A DNA stretch of 64,000 bases, from NCBI GenBank assembly GCA_017501245.1, contig JAFVXI010000013.1, positions 410,335 to 474,334 on the forward strand. Reading direction: 5' to 3'. The notes beneath the pieces are model-generated. The model saw only the letters and a list, made by a program, of their open reading frames with translations, did no database searches and was not told the DNA's origin. This stretch comes from Clostridia bacterium. GTDB lineage: Bacteria > Bacillota > Clostridia > Oscillospirales > CAG-272. The translations under genes were made by a program, and so were the position numbers. Below, one piece after another: positions 47,142-55,560 of the stretch. Position 1 is the first letter of the stretch, and every line of letters starts with the position of its first letter.

Positions 47142-47915
47142 TCAGATCTCGACCTCGATGACCTCGGCACCGAGCTTCTTCAGGGCGGCTATCTCTGCCG
47201 AGCCCTCCTTCTTTCCCGTCACGAGGATATCAACGTCCGAGAGCTTTGCCACGCGGGAGAAGGCGCTCCTGCCGAGCTTCGTAGCATCGGCAACCACTAT
47301 CACCTCGTCGCTCGCCTTGATCATTCCTCTGACGATGCCCGCCTCGTTTGAGTAGTAGAGCGTCAGCCCGTCCTCCTTGTCAATTCCGTCGACCGAGAGG
47401 ATGCACTTGTTTGCGTGATATTCGGAGAGCTGAGCCACCGTGTCGCTTCCGTAGGTAAACTGATATTTGCCGTCGATCTCGCCGCCGAGCAGGATAACGT
47501 TTACCCCGGGGAGGGAGGCGACCTCAAGTGCGTTTTGTATAGAGTTAGTAACGATGCTGATGTTCTTCTTTCCTCTTATGCAGTGGAGGACGTAGGCGAG
47601 GGTCGTGCCTGCGTTTATCATAATGGTGTCGTTGTTCTCGATCAGCTCCGCCGCCGATGAGGCGAGGGCTCGCTTCGACGGGGCGTTTGTCATATATCTT
47701 TCCGAGAGGTCCATATTTGCGTAGAGCTTGCCCGTGCCGACCGCTCCGCCGTGCACTCTCGTCAGCTGTCCCTGCGACTCAAGGTATTCAAGGTCGCTCC
47801 TTACGGTAACCTCCGAGATGCCGTACATCCTCGAAAGCTCGGCAACCCTCACGCTGCCTCTTTTTTGTAACAGCTCCACCATCTCGGCTCTGCGCTGCTC
47901 AACGGCTGTGTTCAT
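47142..47915 (-). CDS. DeoR/GlpR-family transcriptional repressor
   Basis: Start moved to ATG 47915 (MNTAVEQRRAEMVELL). HTH RVAELSRMYGISEVTVRSDLEYLE and a DeoR C-terminal sugar-phosphate sensor domain. Divergent from the 48179 operon. Confidence 0.85.
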   Translation of the reverse strand: MNTAVEQRRAEMVELLQKRGSVRVAELSRMYGISEVTVRSDLEYLESQGQLTRVHGGAVGTGKLYANMDLSERYMTNAPSKRALASSAAELIENNDTIMINAGTTLAYVLHCIRGKKNISIVTNSIQNALEVASLPGVNVILLGGEIDGKYQFTYGSDTVAQLSEYHANKCILSVDGIDKEDGLTLYYSNEAGIVRGMIKASDEVIVVADATKLGRSAFSRVAKLSDVDILVTGKKEGSAEIAALKKLGAEVIEVEI

Positions 47916-48178
47916 ATCTTTATCTCCATATTTCGTTTTTTCCTCTATTTTACCACAAGCGAAAGAAAAACGCAAGGGGTGTTTCGATTTTCTTTTGTTT
48001 GACTTTCGTTTGCCCTTAAAAATGTTTTCTCGGGGGTTGACAATGCTTTCTTGGGGGTGTTATAATTAATCTGTATAGGAACGCCCGCACACGGCGGGTG
48101 AACGCACGCCTGTACGCATCGGTAGAGGCTCGCCTCCGACAAGGAGCTTAGGCGCACCGATGCAAAAACGAGGTATTT

Positions 48179-49318
48179 ATGACTGCTATAATCAATGCAA
48201 CTCTCGTTATGAGAGATCACTTTATCCCCGACGGCATCCTCCTCATCGAGGACGGCAGGATAGTTGACTTTGGCGAGATGAGAAAGCTCCCCACCCCCGA
48301 GGGTGCAGAGGTCATCGACGCCGAGGGGCTCTACGTCGGCCCCGGATTTGTGGACATTCACACGCACTCCGACGGCTACGTATTTTTCCAGGATGAGCCC
48401 GAGCGCGCCAGCCTTCATCATCTCCACCACGGCACGACGAGTCTTTTGCCCGCTCTCTATTTCTCTATGAACACCGAGCAGTACGTCGAGGCTATCGCCA
48501 AGCTCAGAGAGGCGATGAAGAAGCCCGAGTGCAAAAACATCGCAGGCCTCTATATGGAGGGCCCATATCTCAACCCCAAGTTTGGCTGCGACAAAACGAA
48601 CAACCCCTGGCAGGGCGCAGTTGATGCGGCTAAGCACGGCCCCGTCATCGACGCCGCCTACGACCTCGCAAGGGTCTGGGCGCTCGCTCCCGAAAGAGAG
48701 AACATCGAGGGCTTCGTCAAGGACGTCCTCGCTAAAAATCCTAAGGCGGTATTTTCCGTGGCGCACAGCGAGGCTGAGCCCTATCAGATCGAGGCGCTCA
48801 TGCCCTACGGCCTGAAGATCGGAACCCACCATCTTAACGCTACGGGAACTCTGCAGAAGTATCCCGAGTGCCGCACCCCCTGCGTTGACGAAACCGTCTA
48901 CTACAACAGGGAGATCTACGCCGAGCTTATCTGCGACAGCCGCGGCATCCACGTCGACCCCTATCTCCTGAGGCTCACGAGGAGGATCAAGGGTGACGAC
49001 CGTATCATCCTCATCTCCGACGCCTACGCCTGCGACGGACCTATCCCCGAGGGCTACGACGACGTCGACGACATCAACTTCGATCACACCGGCGAGATCG
49101 CGGGCTCAAAGATGACCCTTGACATCTCCTGCCGCAATATGATCAAGCACACGGGCGCATCCGTCTGCGACGTATTCCGCTTTGCATCCTACAACCCCTC
49201 GAGAGCGGTCGGCCTCCTCGACAGAGGCGAGATCGCCAAGGGCAAGAGAGCAGACCTCATCCTCGTCGACTATAAGATGAAGGTGCATAAGGTCATCCTG
49301 GAGGGCGAGGTAGTATGA
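48179..49318 (+). CDS. amidohydrolase, N-acetylglucosamine-6-phosphate deacetylase (NagA)-like
   Basis: 379 aa. GPGFVDIHTHSDG metal-binding motif and overall NagA-like layout. Substrate not established. Confidence 0.65.
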   Translation: MTAIINATLVMRDHFIPDGILLIEDGRIVDFGEMRKLPTPEGAEVIDAEGLYVGPGFVDIHTHSDGYVFFQDEPERASLHHLHHGTTSLLPALYFSMNTEQYVEAIAKLREAMKKPECKNIAGLYMEGPYLNPKFGCDKTNNPWQGAVDAAKHGPVIDAAYDLARVWALAPERENIEGFVKDVLAKNPKAVFSVAHSEAEPYQIEALMPYGLKIGTHHLNATGTLQKYPECRTPCVDETVYYNREIYAELICDSRGIHVDPYLLRLTRRIKGDDRIILISDAYACDGPIPEGYDDVDDINFDHTGEIAGSKMTLDISCRNMIKHTGASVCDVFRFASYNPSRAVGLLDRGEIAKGKRADLILVDYKMKVHKVILEGEVV

Positions 49319-49914
49319 AGGAATACTTAGTAAAGCATATAGAGGGCAAGCCCGAGTGGGCTAAGATCCCCGCGCTCCCCATCGACGTCCGCTATCGTGA
49401 TACGAAGGAGGACGTTTCTGCCGAGGCTAAGATCTGCTACGACGAGGAGCATATCTACGTCAAGCTCTCGACGACAGAGCCCGAGTCGCCCGCTAAGGGC
49501 AAGGACTTCCTTTGCGAGCCCTGCCTCGACAGCTGCCTTGAGTTCTTCTTCTCTCCCGTGGAGGACGACCCGAGGTATATGAACCTTGAGTTTAACCCTA
49601 ACGGCATTTATTATTTCGGCATAGGAACCTCGATCAAAACTCTCGTCAGGCTCCTGCCCGAAAACAGGCATATCTTCGGCGCAAGAGTCAGGCGCAGAAA
49701 CGACGGCTGGTCGGTCACCTACTCTATCCCCGCCGAGCTTATCCGCCGCTTCTTCCCGAGCTTCAGCCTCTATTCCGGCAAGGAGATGAGGGCAAACTGC
49801 TATAAGTGCCTCGAGGAGGGCAGAGAGCCAAACTTCCTCTCCTGGGCGCCCATCGAGGGCGAGAGGCTCAGCTTCCACAGGCCTCATCAGTTCGGCAGAT
49901 TTATTTTTGAATAA
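49315..49914 (+). CDS. carbohydrate-binding family 9-like (DOMON-like) protein, no signal peptide
   Basis: 199 aa, overlaps the nagA-like stop (ATGA). LEFFFSP..YMNLEFNPNG..SWAPIEG resembles CBM9-like proteins. Weak by-eye assignment. Confidence 0.4.
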   Translation: MKEYLVKHIEGKPEWAKIPALPIDVRYRDTKEDVSAEAKICYDEEHIYVKLSTTEPESPAKGKDFLCEPCLDSCLEFFFSPVEDDPRYMNLEFNPNGIYYFGIGTSIKTLVRLLPENRHIFGARVRRRNDGWSVTYSIPAELIRRFFPSFSLYSGKEMRANCYKCLEEGREPNFLSWAPIEGERLSFHRPHQFGRFIFE

Positions 49915-49948
49915 AAAAACTAATATATTTCCAAAAGGAGAAAAAGCA

Positions 49949-50923
49949 ATGAAAGATTTCATTACCGATCCCGCTACAAAGTTTAACTTTGAGCCCCACG
50001 AGTTCGTTCCCTTTAAGGATAAGAAGGTCTGCGAGTACGTCCGCAGCCTCTCCGGCAAGGATCTCGAGAAGAGAGAGGCTTGGTGGCATCCCGAGTTCAA
50101 CGTAAAGGTTATGATGAACCCCCATCCCGTCCTCATCGCAACCCTCTTCTCCCGTCTTAAGGCAGCGTCCGAGGCAGGCAAGAGCTTCACTATGATCCTC
50201 GGAAACCCCGAGCCCGACACCTACATTCCTCTCGCTCAGCTTATCAACTACTTTGGCGTTGACTGCTCGAAGGTTCACCTCGTAGCAGAGGACGAGTGGG
50301 CTGATCAGGACGGCAACATCGCTCCCATCACCTACGAGGCAGGCTTTGCTCACTCTATGATCAAGTATCTCTACTATCAGATCGACGAAAAGCTTCGTAT
50401 GCCTATGGAGAACGTTCATTTCCCCACTAACGCAAACATCAAGGACTACTCCAAGATCATCGACGACATCACCGAGGGCACCGGTGCAGACATCGCATCC
50501 ACCTCTCCCGGATGGGCAGGTCACATGGCATTCGTTGATCCTATCCCCGAGTTCATCGGCTCCGGCGACATCGAGGAGTGGCTCAATCAGCCCGCTCAGA
50601 TCGTAACCCTCCATCCCATGACCATCATGCAGAACTCCCTTAACGGAACCTTCGGCCAGTCCGGCGACATCGCAAACGTTCCCCCCAAGGCTGCAACCAT
50701 CGGTCCTCTCGACGTTATGAGAGCTAAGGAGCGCATCGAGGTTCACGCGCTTGCAACCTGCGGCACCTTCTCCTCCTGGCAGAGGATGACCTCCCGTCTT
50801 TGCACTCACGGTCCCATCACTCCCTACCTCCCCTCCACCATGCTCCAGACCAAGAAGACTCAGGTCTACATCTCCGAGGAGCTTGCTGCACCCTTCGAGT
50901 GCTGGGAGAAGGTCGGCTATTAA
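49949..50923 (+). CDS. glucosamine-6-phosphate deaminase / 6-phosphogluconolactonase-family sugar-phosphate isomerase (long form)
   Basis: Start moved to ATG 49949 (AAAGGAG SD). SPGWAGHMAFVDP resembles the G.G.DGH.AFNEP motif of the NagB family. About 324 aa. Confidence 0.6.
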   Translation: MKDFITDPATKFNFEPHEFVPFKDKKVCEYVRSLSGKDLEKREAWWHPEFNVKVMMNPHPVLIATLFSRLKAASEAGKSFTMILGNPEPDTYIPLAQLINYFGVDCSKVHLVAEDEWADQDGNIAPITYEAGFAHSMIKYLYYQIDEKLRMPMENVHFPTNANIKDYSKIIDDITEGTGADIASTSPGWAGHMAFVDPIPEFIGSGDIEEWLNQPAQIVTLHPMTIMQNSLNGTFGQSGDIANVPPKAATIGPLDVMRAKERIEVHALATCGTFSSWQRMTSRLCTHGPITPYLPSTMLQTKKTQVYISEELAAPFECWEKVGY

Positions 50924-50979
50924 TTCCCTCCCGAAGGGATATTTTGGGCATAACCGAAAATGGAATAGATTTTTATCCG

Positions 50980-51014
50980 GAGCGGGGCAAGCAATTTGCC
51001 TCGCTCTTTTCTTT
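50980..51014 (+). terminator. intrinsic terminator (copy 1), probably ending the nagB-like operon
   Basis: 11-bp stem GAGCGGGGCAA / TTGCCTCGCTC (one G-U pair), 5-nt loop, TTTTCTTT tail. Confidence 0.75.
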
Positions 51015-51243
51015 ATCACGGTTCAATTGTGCTGAGGTTGAAAGCCTGCGGCTTTCTTCAATTTTTTATTCCATTTTCTATCTCCGCTCGCTTCCTCTCG
51101 CTGTATGTTTATACAGCTTCGGGGCGCGAACGAAGATTTCTGCACCAAACTATCTCCTTCGGGGCTCTGTGCCTCTGACCTCGCTTGGTTGCTCCCGAAG
51201 GGATATTTCGGGCATAACCGAAAATGGAATAAGTCAATATTTG

Positions 51244-51278
51244 GAGCGGGGCAAGCTTTTTGCCTCGCTCTTTTCTTT
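51244..51278 (+). terminator. intrinsic terminator (copy 2 of the duplicated module)
   Basis: Same stem as copy 1 with loop GCTTT, then TTTTCTTT. Confidence 0.7.
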
Positions 51279-51655
51279 GCGTCATATCACAGGTATTAAG
51301 GTCGGAAAACTCCGTTTTCCCTCGAATGATTATAATTCCATTTTCTATCTCCGTTTTCCTCCCTCAATGTACCTTGGTGCCTAAGTGGCAAGTTGTGAGA
51401 TATTACGTATCGTTATGATCATCTGACGGCAAGCTGCGGCTCGATCTGTGATCGTATCTAAAATTTTAAAGAGAGCATTTCGGTTTTTGCCGATCTGCTC
51501 TCTTTTTGCTCTTTATTGTAAATAAAACTTGGCATAAACGGGTATAATAAGCTTGCGAAGGGCTTGCAAACACCCTCTTGATGAGCTTACGGTGCGTACG
51601 CTAACGCACTCTTGATAAGCTTGAAGCTCTGCCGTGTGCCGCCTGCTATACGAGC

Positions 51656-52591
51656 CTAAGGGGTATTGCCTGTCGTCCTTTCGATAAAGGCTCTTGAGGC
51701 GAGGGGGAGGTAGTGGCTGCGCTTGCGGTAGACGTAGATGCTCCTCTTGGCAAATGCCTCGGGCAGCTCGAAGTAGATGAGGTCTCCGCTCTCCTGCATG
51801 GAGAGGATCAGCGTGTCGCTCGCAAAGCTGATGCCCATGCCCGAGGCGGAGATGTTGTATGCCGTCAGCTGCTGGTCGAGCGTGAGGATGATCCTCGGTT
51901 CGATCGAATAAGCACGGAAGAGTGCCTCGGCACGCCTGCCCGTGTCGTTTTCGTGGCGGAGGACGATGAAGGGGTCGGAGCGGAACAGCGATAGGTCGAT
52001 AGGCTCGCGCCTGCCCTCGCCCGAGCGCACCTCTGCGTGCGACATACCAAGGTGGGCGACTCCCCTCGCCTCGGCTATCCTCCTCGGCACACAGAGAAGG
52101 AGCCTCTCGGTCTTATATCTTTCCGAAATTATCTCCCCGTCGGCAACCGCCGCATTGTCGATGACGAGGTCGACCTCGCCCGTGCCAAGCTTCGCAAAGA
52201 GCCCCTTCGTGCTGTCCTCAACTATGTCAAAGCTGATAGAGGGGTAAAGCTCGTTGAAGTCCGAGATCATCCCAGGGATAACGAAGGAGGAAAAGAAGCT
52301 CGAGCCCCCGAGGCGGATATGCCCTGCGAGCAGGCTCTTGCGGTCGTCGATATATCTCGTAAAGCCCGCCTCGCGCCTCTCGATCTCCTCCGCACAGCAC
52401 AGATATTCACGCCCTACGTCGGTCAGGGTTATCGGGCTTGTCGAGCGGTCAAAGATGGGGGCGCCGACCTTCTCCTCAATGCGCCTCACCGTCGCTGAGA
52501 GCGAGGGCTGGGAGACGTAGAGCTTTTCCGCCGCTCGGGTAAAGCTCCCCTCCTTATATACGGCAAGCACGTATTCCTTGTTCTTAAACAT
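51656..52591 (-). CDS. LysR-family transcriptional regulator
   Basis: N-terminal wHTH (FTRAAEKLYVSQPSLSATVRRIEEKVG) and a LysR substrate-binding domain. Divergent from aspA. Confidence 0.85.
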   Translation of the reverse strand: MFKNKEYVLAVYKEGSFTRAAEKLYVSQPSLSATVRRIEEKVGAPIFDRSTSPITLTDVGREYLCCAEEIERREAGFTRYIDDRKSLLAGHIRLGGSSFFSSFVIPGMISDFNELYPSISFDIVEDSTKGLFAKLGTGEVDLVIDNAAVADGEIISERYKTERLLLCVPRRIAEARGVAHLGMSHAEVRSGEGRREPIDLSLFRSDPFIVLRHENDTGRRAEALFRAYSIEPRIILTLDQQLTAYNISASGMGISFASDTLILSMQESGDLIYFELPEAFAKRSIYVYRKRSHYLPLASRAFIERTTGNTP

Positions 52592-52628
52592 AACGCCTCC
52601 ATAACTTTAAAGCTATATGATCTATGCC

Positions 52629-52668
52629 ATAATATGTATTTGATTATAGCATAGCTTTGATGTATAAT
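52629..52668 (+). promoter_or_regulatory. candidate aspA promoter overlapped by a LysR-type T-N11-A box
   Basis: ATAAT-N9-ATTAT dyad at 52629-52647. TTGATT 52640-52645, 17-nt spacer, TGTATAAT ending at 52668. Confidence 0.5.
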
Positions 52669-52708
52669 CAAGGCGAAAATAAAAAACTCGAAAAGAGGCA
52701 GTACGAAA

Positions 52709-54091
52709 ATGGCGGAATACAGGTTAGAATGCGATTCGATAGGCGAGCGCAGGGTGCCGAGAGGGGCATACTACGGCATACAGTCGATGCGCGGACGTGA
52801 GAACTTTCCCATCAGCGGCAGGTGCGTGCATCCGGAATTGATCAGGGCAACGGTAGAGATCAAAAAGGCCGCCGCCCTCGCAAACAAGGAGGCCGGTGCG
52901 CTGAGCGCCGAGATTGCCGACGCTATGGTCAGCGCCTGCGAGGATATATTAGAGGGCAGGCTTTCGGGCGAGTGCTTTATCGTTGACGCCGTCCAGGGCG
53001 GCGCAGGCACCTCTCTTAATATGAACGCAAACGAGGTCGTCGCCAACAGGGCTATCGAGCTTCTCGGCGGCGAGCCCGGCGATTACAGCATCGTGCATCC
53101 AAACGACCACGCAAACTGCGCCCAGTCTACAAACGACGTCGTTCCCAGTGCGGGCAAGATAGCCCTTATCAGGCTGCTCAGGGTTGCCGAGGGGCGCCTC
53201 ATCTCTCTCTGTGACGCACTCAGACGGAAGGCGGAGGAGTTCTCGGATATAATAAAAATGGGAAGGACCGAGATGCAGGATGCCGTGCCGATCAGCTTCG
53301 GACAGACCTTCTCGGCTTACGCCTCGATGATAGAAAGGGACGTCCTGCGCTTTAAGGCCGCCGCTCTCTCGCTCTCCGAGGTCAATATGGGCGGCACGGC
53401 GATAGGCACGGGCATCAACGCCGAGAGGGCGTATATCGAAAGGATCGTTCCCATCCTCTCGGAGGTAACGGGGCTCGAGCTCAAGCAGGCAGCCGACCTC
53501 GTCGACTCAACGCAAAATCTCGACTGCTTCGCCTACGTCTCGGGCATCGTCAAGACCTCTGCCGTAAGCCTCTCAAAGCTTGCAAACGACCTGCGCCTGA
53601 TGTCCTCCGGCCCGAGGACGGGCTTCGGCGAGATCAACCTCCCCGCCAGACAGAACGGCTCGTCCATAATGCCCGGCAAGGTCAATCCCGTCGTCCCCGA
53701 GGTGATAAATCAGATAGCCTTCAGGATCATAGGCAACGACGCCACCGTAACGATGGCGGCAGAGGCGGGCCAGCTCGAGCTTAACGCCTTCGAGCCGATA
53801 ATCTTCTACTCGCTCTTCGAGAGCCTCGATATGCTATCCGCAGGCCTCACCGTCCTCACCGAAAACTGTATAAACGGCATCACCGTAAACAGGCAGAGCT
53901 GCGAGGATGAGGTCGAGCGCTCGATAGGCATCGTAACTGCCGTCTGCCCCTACGTCGGCTATGCCAAGGCGGCATCGGTCGCAAAGCGAGCCCTCGCCGA
54001 GCGCCGTAGCGTGCGTGATATATTAATTGAAGAAAAGCTCGTCAGCCCCGAGGAGCTAGACCGCATACTCGATCCGCACGGAATGATATAA
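52709..54091 (+). CDS. aspA: aspartate ammonia-lyase
   Basis: 460 aa. Fumarase/aspartase family signature GSSIMPGKVNPVVPE; the VNPVVPE form is the aspartase type rather than FumC. Confidence 0.85.
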   Translation: MAEYRLECDSIGERRVPRGAYYGIQSMRGRENFPISGRCVHPELIRATVEIKKAAALANKEAGALSAEIADAMVSACEDILEGRLSGECFIVDAVQGGAGTSLNMNANEVVANRAIELLGGEPGDYSIVHPNDHANCAQSTNDVVPSAGKIALIRLLRVAEGRLISLCDALRRKAEEFSDIIKMGRTEMQDAVPISFGQTFSAYASMIERDVLRFKAAALSLSEVNMGGTAIGTGINAERAYIERIVPILSEVTGLELKQAADLVDSTQNLDCFAYVSGIVKTSAVSLSKLANDLRLMSSGPRTGFGEINLPARQNGSSIMPGKVNPVVPEVINQIAFRIIGNDATVTMAAEAGQLELNAFEPIIFYSLFESLDMLSAGLTVLTENCINGITVNRQSCEDEVERSIGIVTAVCPYVGYAKAASVAKRALAERRSVRDILIEEKLVSPEELDRILDPHGMI

Positions 54092-54098
54092 GGTAATA

Positions 54099-54217
54099 AA
54101 TGAATAATGAATAATGCAGAATGCAAAATGCAGAATGCAAAATTGGGAAGCGACGGGCGCCGAGCAAAATGCAGAGTGCAAAATCGGGAAGCACCCGGCG
54201 CCGAGCGGAAAATAAAA
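54099..54217 (+). repeat. heptad tract AATGAAT/AATGCAG/AATGCAA followed by a duplicated unit of about 33 nt
   Basis: Heptads start at 54099, 54106, 54113, 54120, 54127 and 54134. Then come two copies of AATGCAGARTGCAAAATYGGGAAGC..GGCGCCGAGC. Confidence 0.8.
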
Positions 54218-54414
54218 AGGCGGGCAGGAGGCTATATGCCAATTCCTGCCCGTCTGTGCAAATTTAACAAAAAAAGGGAGCAGCTCTCCTGCCCCTACAA
54301 GACTGATTTTATCATAGATGCGCCCCCTTGTCAAGACTTTTTTCAAAGATCGACAGAAAAGGGCGCTATTTTTTACACTTTGGTCATAATTCATAAATTT
54401 CTCTCACAAAATTC

Positions 54415-54443
54415 CGAAAAACTGTTTACAACGCACAAGAAAT
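54415..54443 (+). promoter_or_regulatory. candidate sigma-A promoter of hpf
   Basis: TTTACA 54415-54420, 17-nt spacer, TGcTATAAT (54435-54443). Leaves a leader of about 110 nt containing the hairpin GTGGAA..TTCCAC. Confidence 0.6.
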
Positions 54444-54560
54444 GTGCTATAATGATAATGCAGACGGGGAACACCACCCCGCCGAGGTGGAAATCTCTCG
54501 TTTCGCAATTCCACGAAAGGACCTCTTATCCATAAGTTAAAAGAGGCATAGGTGTACGGT

Positions 54561-55085
54561 ATGAAGATACAACTCTACGGCAAGCAGATGACGGTCAGAG
54601 ATTCTCTCAGAACTGCAGTTGAGAAGAAGCTCACAAAGTTTGACAAGTTCTTCGGTGAGGACACCGAGGCTTTCGTAACCTGTCGGACACGCAAGGGAGT
54701 TAAGATCATCGAGATCACCGTAATCTATGAGGGCACGACCTTCCGTTCCGAGGAGGAGAGCGAGACCTTTATCACCGCGCTCGACAGAGCTGTTGAGAGC
54801 CTTGAGGGTCAGATCCGTAAAAACAAGACCAGGCTCGAAAAAAAGATGAAGCGTGACGCCTTCAGTATAGTTACGGATGACGACGATGACGAGTATGTGG
54901 AAGAGGAAGAATTCGAGATCAGGGTTAAGACCTTCCCCTTCAAGCCCATGACAGCCGAGGAGGCAATACTCCAGATGAATCTCTTAGGACATAGCTTCTA
55001 TGCATTCATCAACGCCGACAGCGGCGAAACCTGCGTCGTTTATAAAAGGAAGGAAGGCAGCTACGGCCTCATCGTTCCCGGCTAG
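54561..55085 (+). CDS. hpf: ribosome hibernation promoting factor, long form
   Basis: Start at ATG 54561 (MKIQLYGKQMTV; an alternative GTG is at 54552). N-terminal RaiA/HPF fold and a C-terminal dimerisation domain (FKPMTAEEAILQMNLLGHSFYAFIN). Confidence 0.9.
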   Translation: MKIQLYGKQMTVRDSLRTAVEKKLTKFDKFFGEDTEAFVTCRTRKGVKIIEITVIYEGTTFRSEEESETFITALDRAVESLEGQIRKNKTRLEKKMKRDAFSIVTDDDDDEYVEEEEFEIRVKTFPFKPMTAEEAILQMNLLGHSFYAFINADSGETCVVYKRKEGSYGLIVPG

Positions 55086-55121
55086 GGAGCTTAAAGCACC
55101 GGGGTGGAAGCCCTCGGAGAA

Positions 55122-55560
55122 AGGTAGGATAAACCAATGTTCTGATTTATATCAAGGCTAATGTTGCAGGGCGTCCTGATCGATCACGTTTATGCGATAT
55201 TTGTCCTGTTATCAGATCTATTTATCCTAAAGAAAAATGAGATATATGTAAACCGCTATGGCAGCGGTCCGCAAGCTATCTTAAGGTATGGTCCAATGAA
55301 CAACTAAGCTTTTTTAAAACAACGTATGCGAGGCATAGCCTCATCACCCCACGACAAAGGTATAAACCAATGTACTAGCTTTATTTTAAGGAAAAGATCT
55401 CGGTATAGGTAAACCGCTATGGCAGCGGTCCACTGTATGAAGCTGAAATTTGGTATAAGCCAATGAACAACTAGTTTTAAATAATTCCTTTCATATGCGA
55501 GGCATAGCCTCACTAAACCCCCGAACAAAGGTATAGACCGATGTACTAGTCAATTTTTAA
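55122..55560 (+). repeat. two full tandem 161-bp non-coding modules plus a partial leading copy
   Basis: GTAAACCGCTATGGCAGCGGTCC at 55248 and 55409. Each module has hairpins ACCGCT-atggc-AGCGGT and GAGGC-ata-GCCTC, a C-rich stretch, and two copies of a roughly 20-nt box GGTATRRVCCRATGWAC(AAC)TAG (five copies in total). Confidence 0.85.

Larger units (their letters stand above)
50928..51353 (+). repeat. tandem duplication (period about 264 bp) of a module carrying a conserved 40-nt box plus an intrinsic terminator
   Basis: CTCCCGAAGGGATATTTYGGGCATAACCGAAAATGGAATA at 50928 and 51192. GAGCGGGGCAA..TTGCCTCGCTC TTTTCTTT at 50980-51014 and 51244-51278. ATTCCATTTTCTATCTCCG at 51068 and 51334. Confidence 0.85.

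Noticed and set aside
47945-51019. Long minus-strand ORFs (47945..49087, 49327..50220, 49901..51019)
   Set aside because: Antisense to the nagA-like, CBM9-like and nagB-like genes, which have SD sequences, coupling overlaps and family motifs. The antisense products have none.
50928-51353. MITE or other mobile element
   Set aside because: Only 11-bp inverted repeats are present, there are no obvious target-site duplications, and no transposase is in the window. The conserved terminator suggests an RNA element. This is kept as an alternative in the finding rather than called as a mobile element.
54218-54414. raiA-motif RNA in its usual position upstream of hpf
   Set aside because: The upstream spacer is AT-rich with only a terminator-like hairpin and a promoter. 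comFC is absent (aspA is the neighbour), and I see no multi-stem structure of about 200 nt. A covariance-model search is still needed to be sure.
55122-55560. Replication origin / DnaA-box cluster or plasmid iterons
   Set aside because: No TTATCCACA-type boxes are present (only distant variants such as TTATCCTAA). There is no dnaA, dnaN or rep gene nearby. The boxes are embedded in larger duplicated modules with hairpins, which is more consistent with RNA elements. This remains only a minor alternative.
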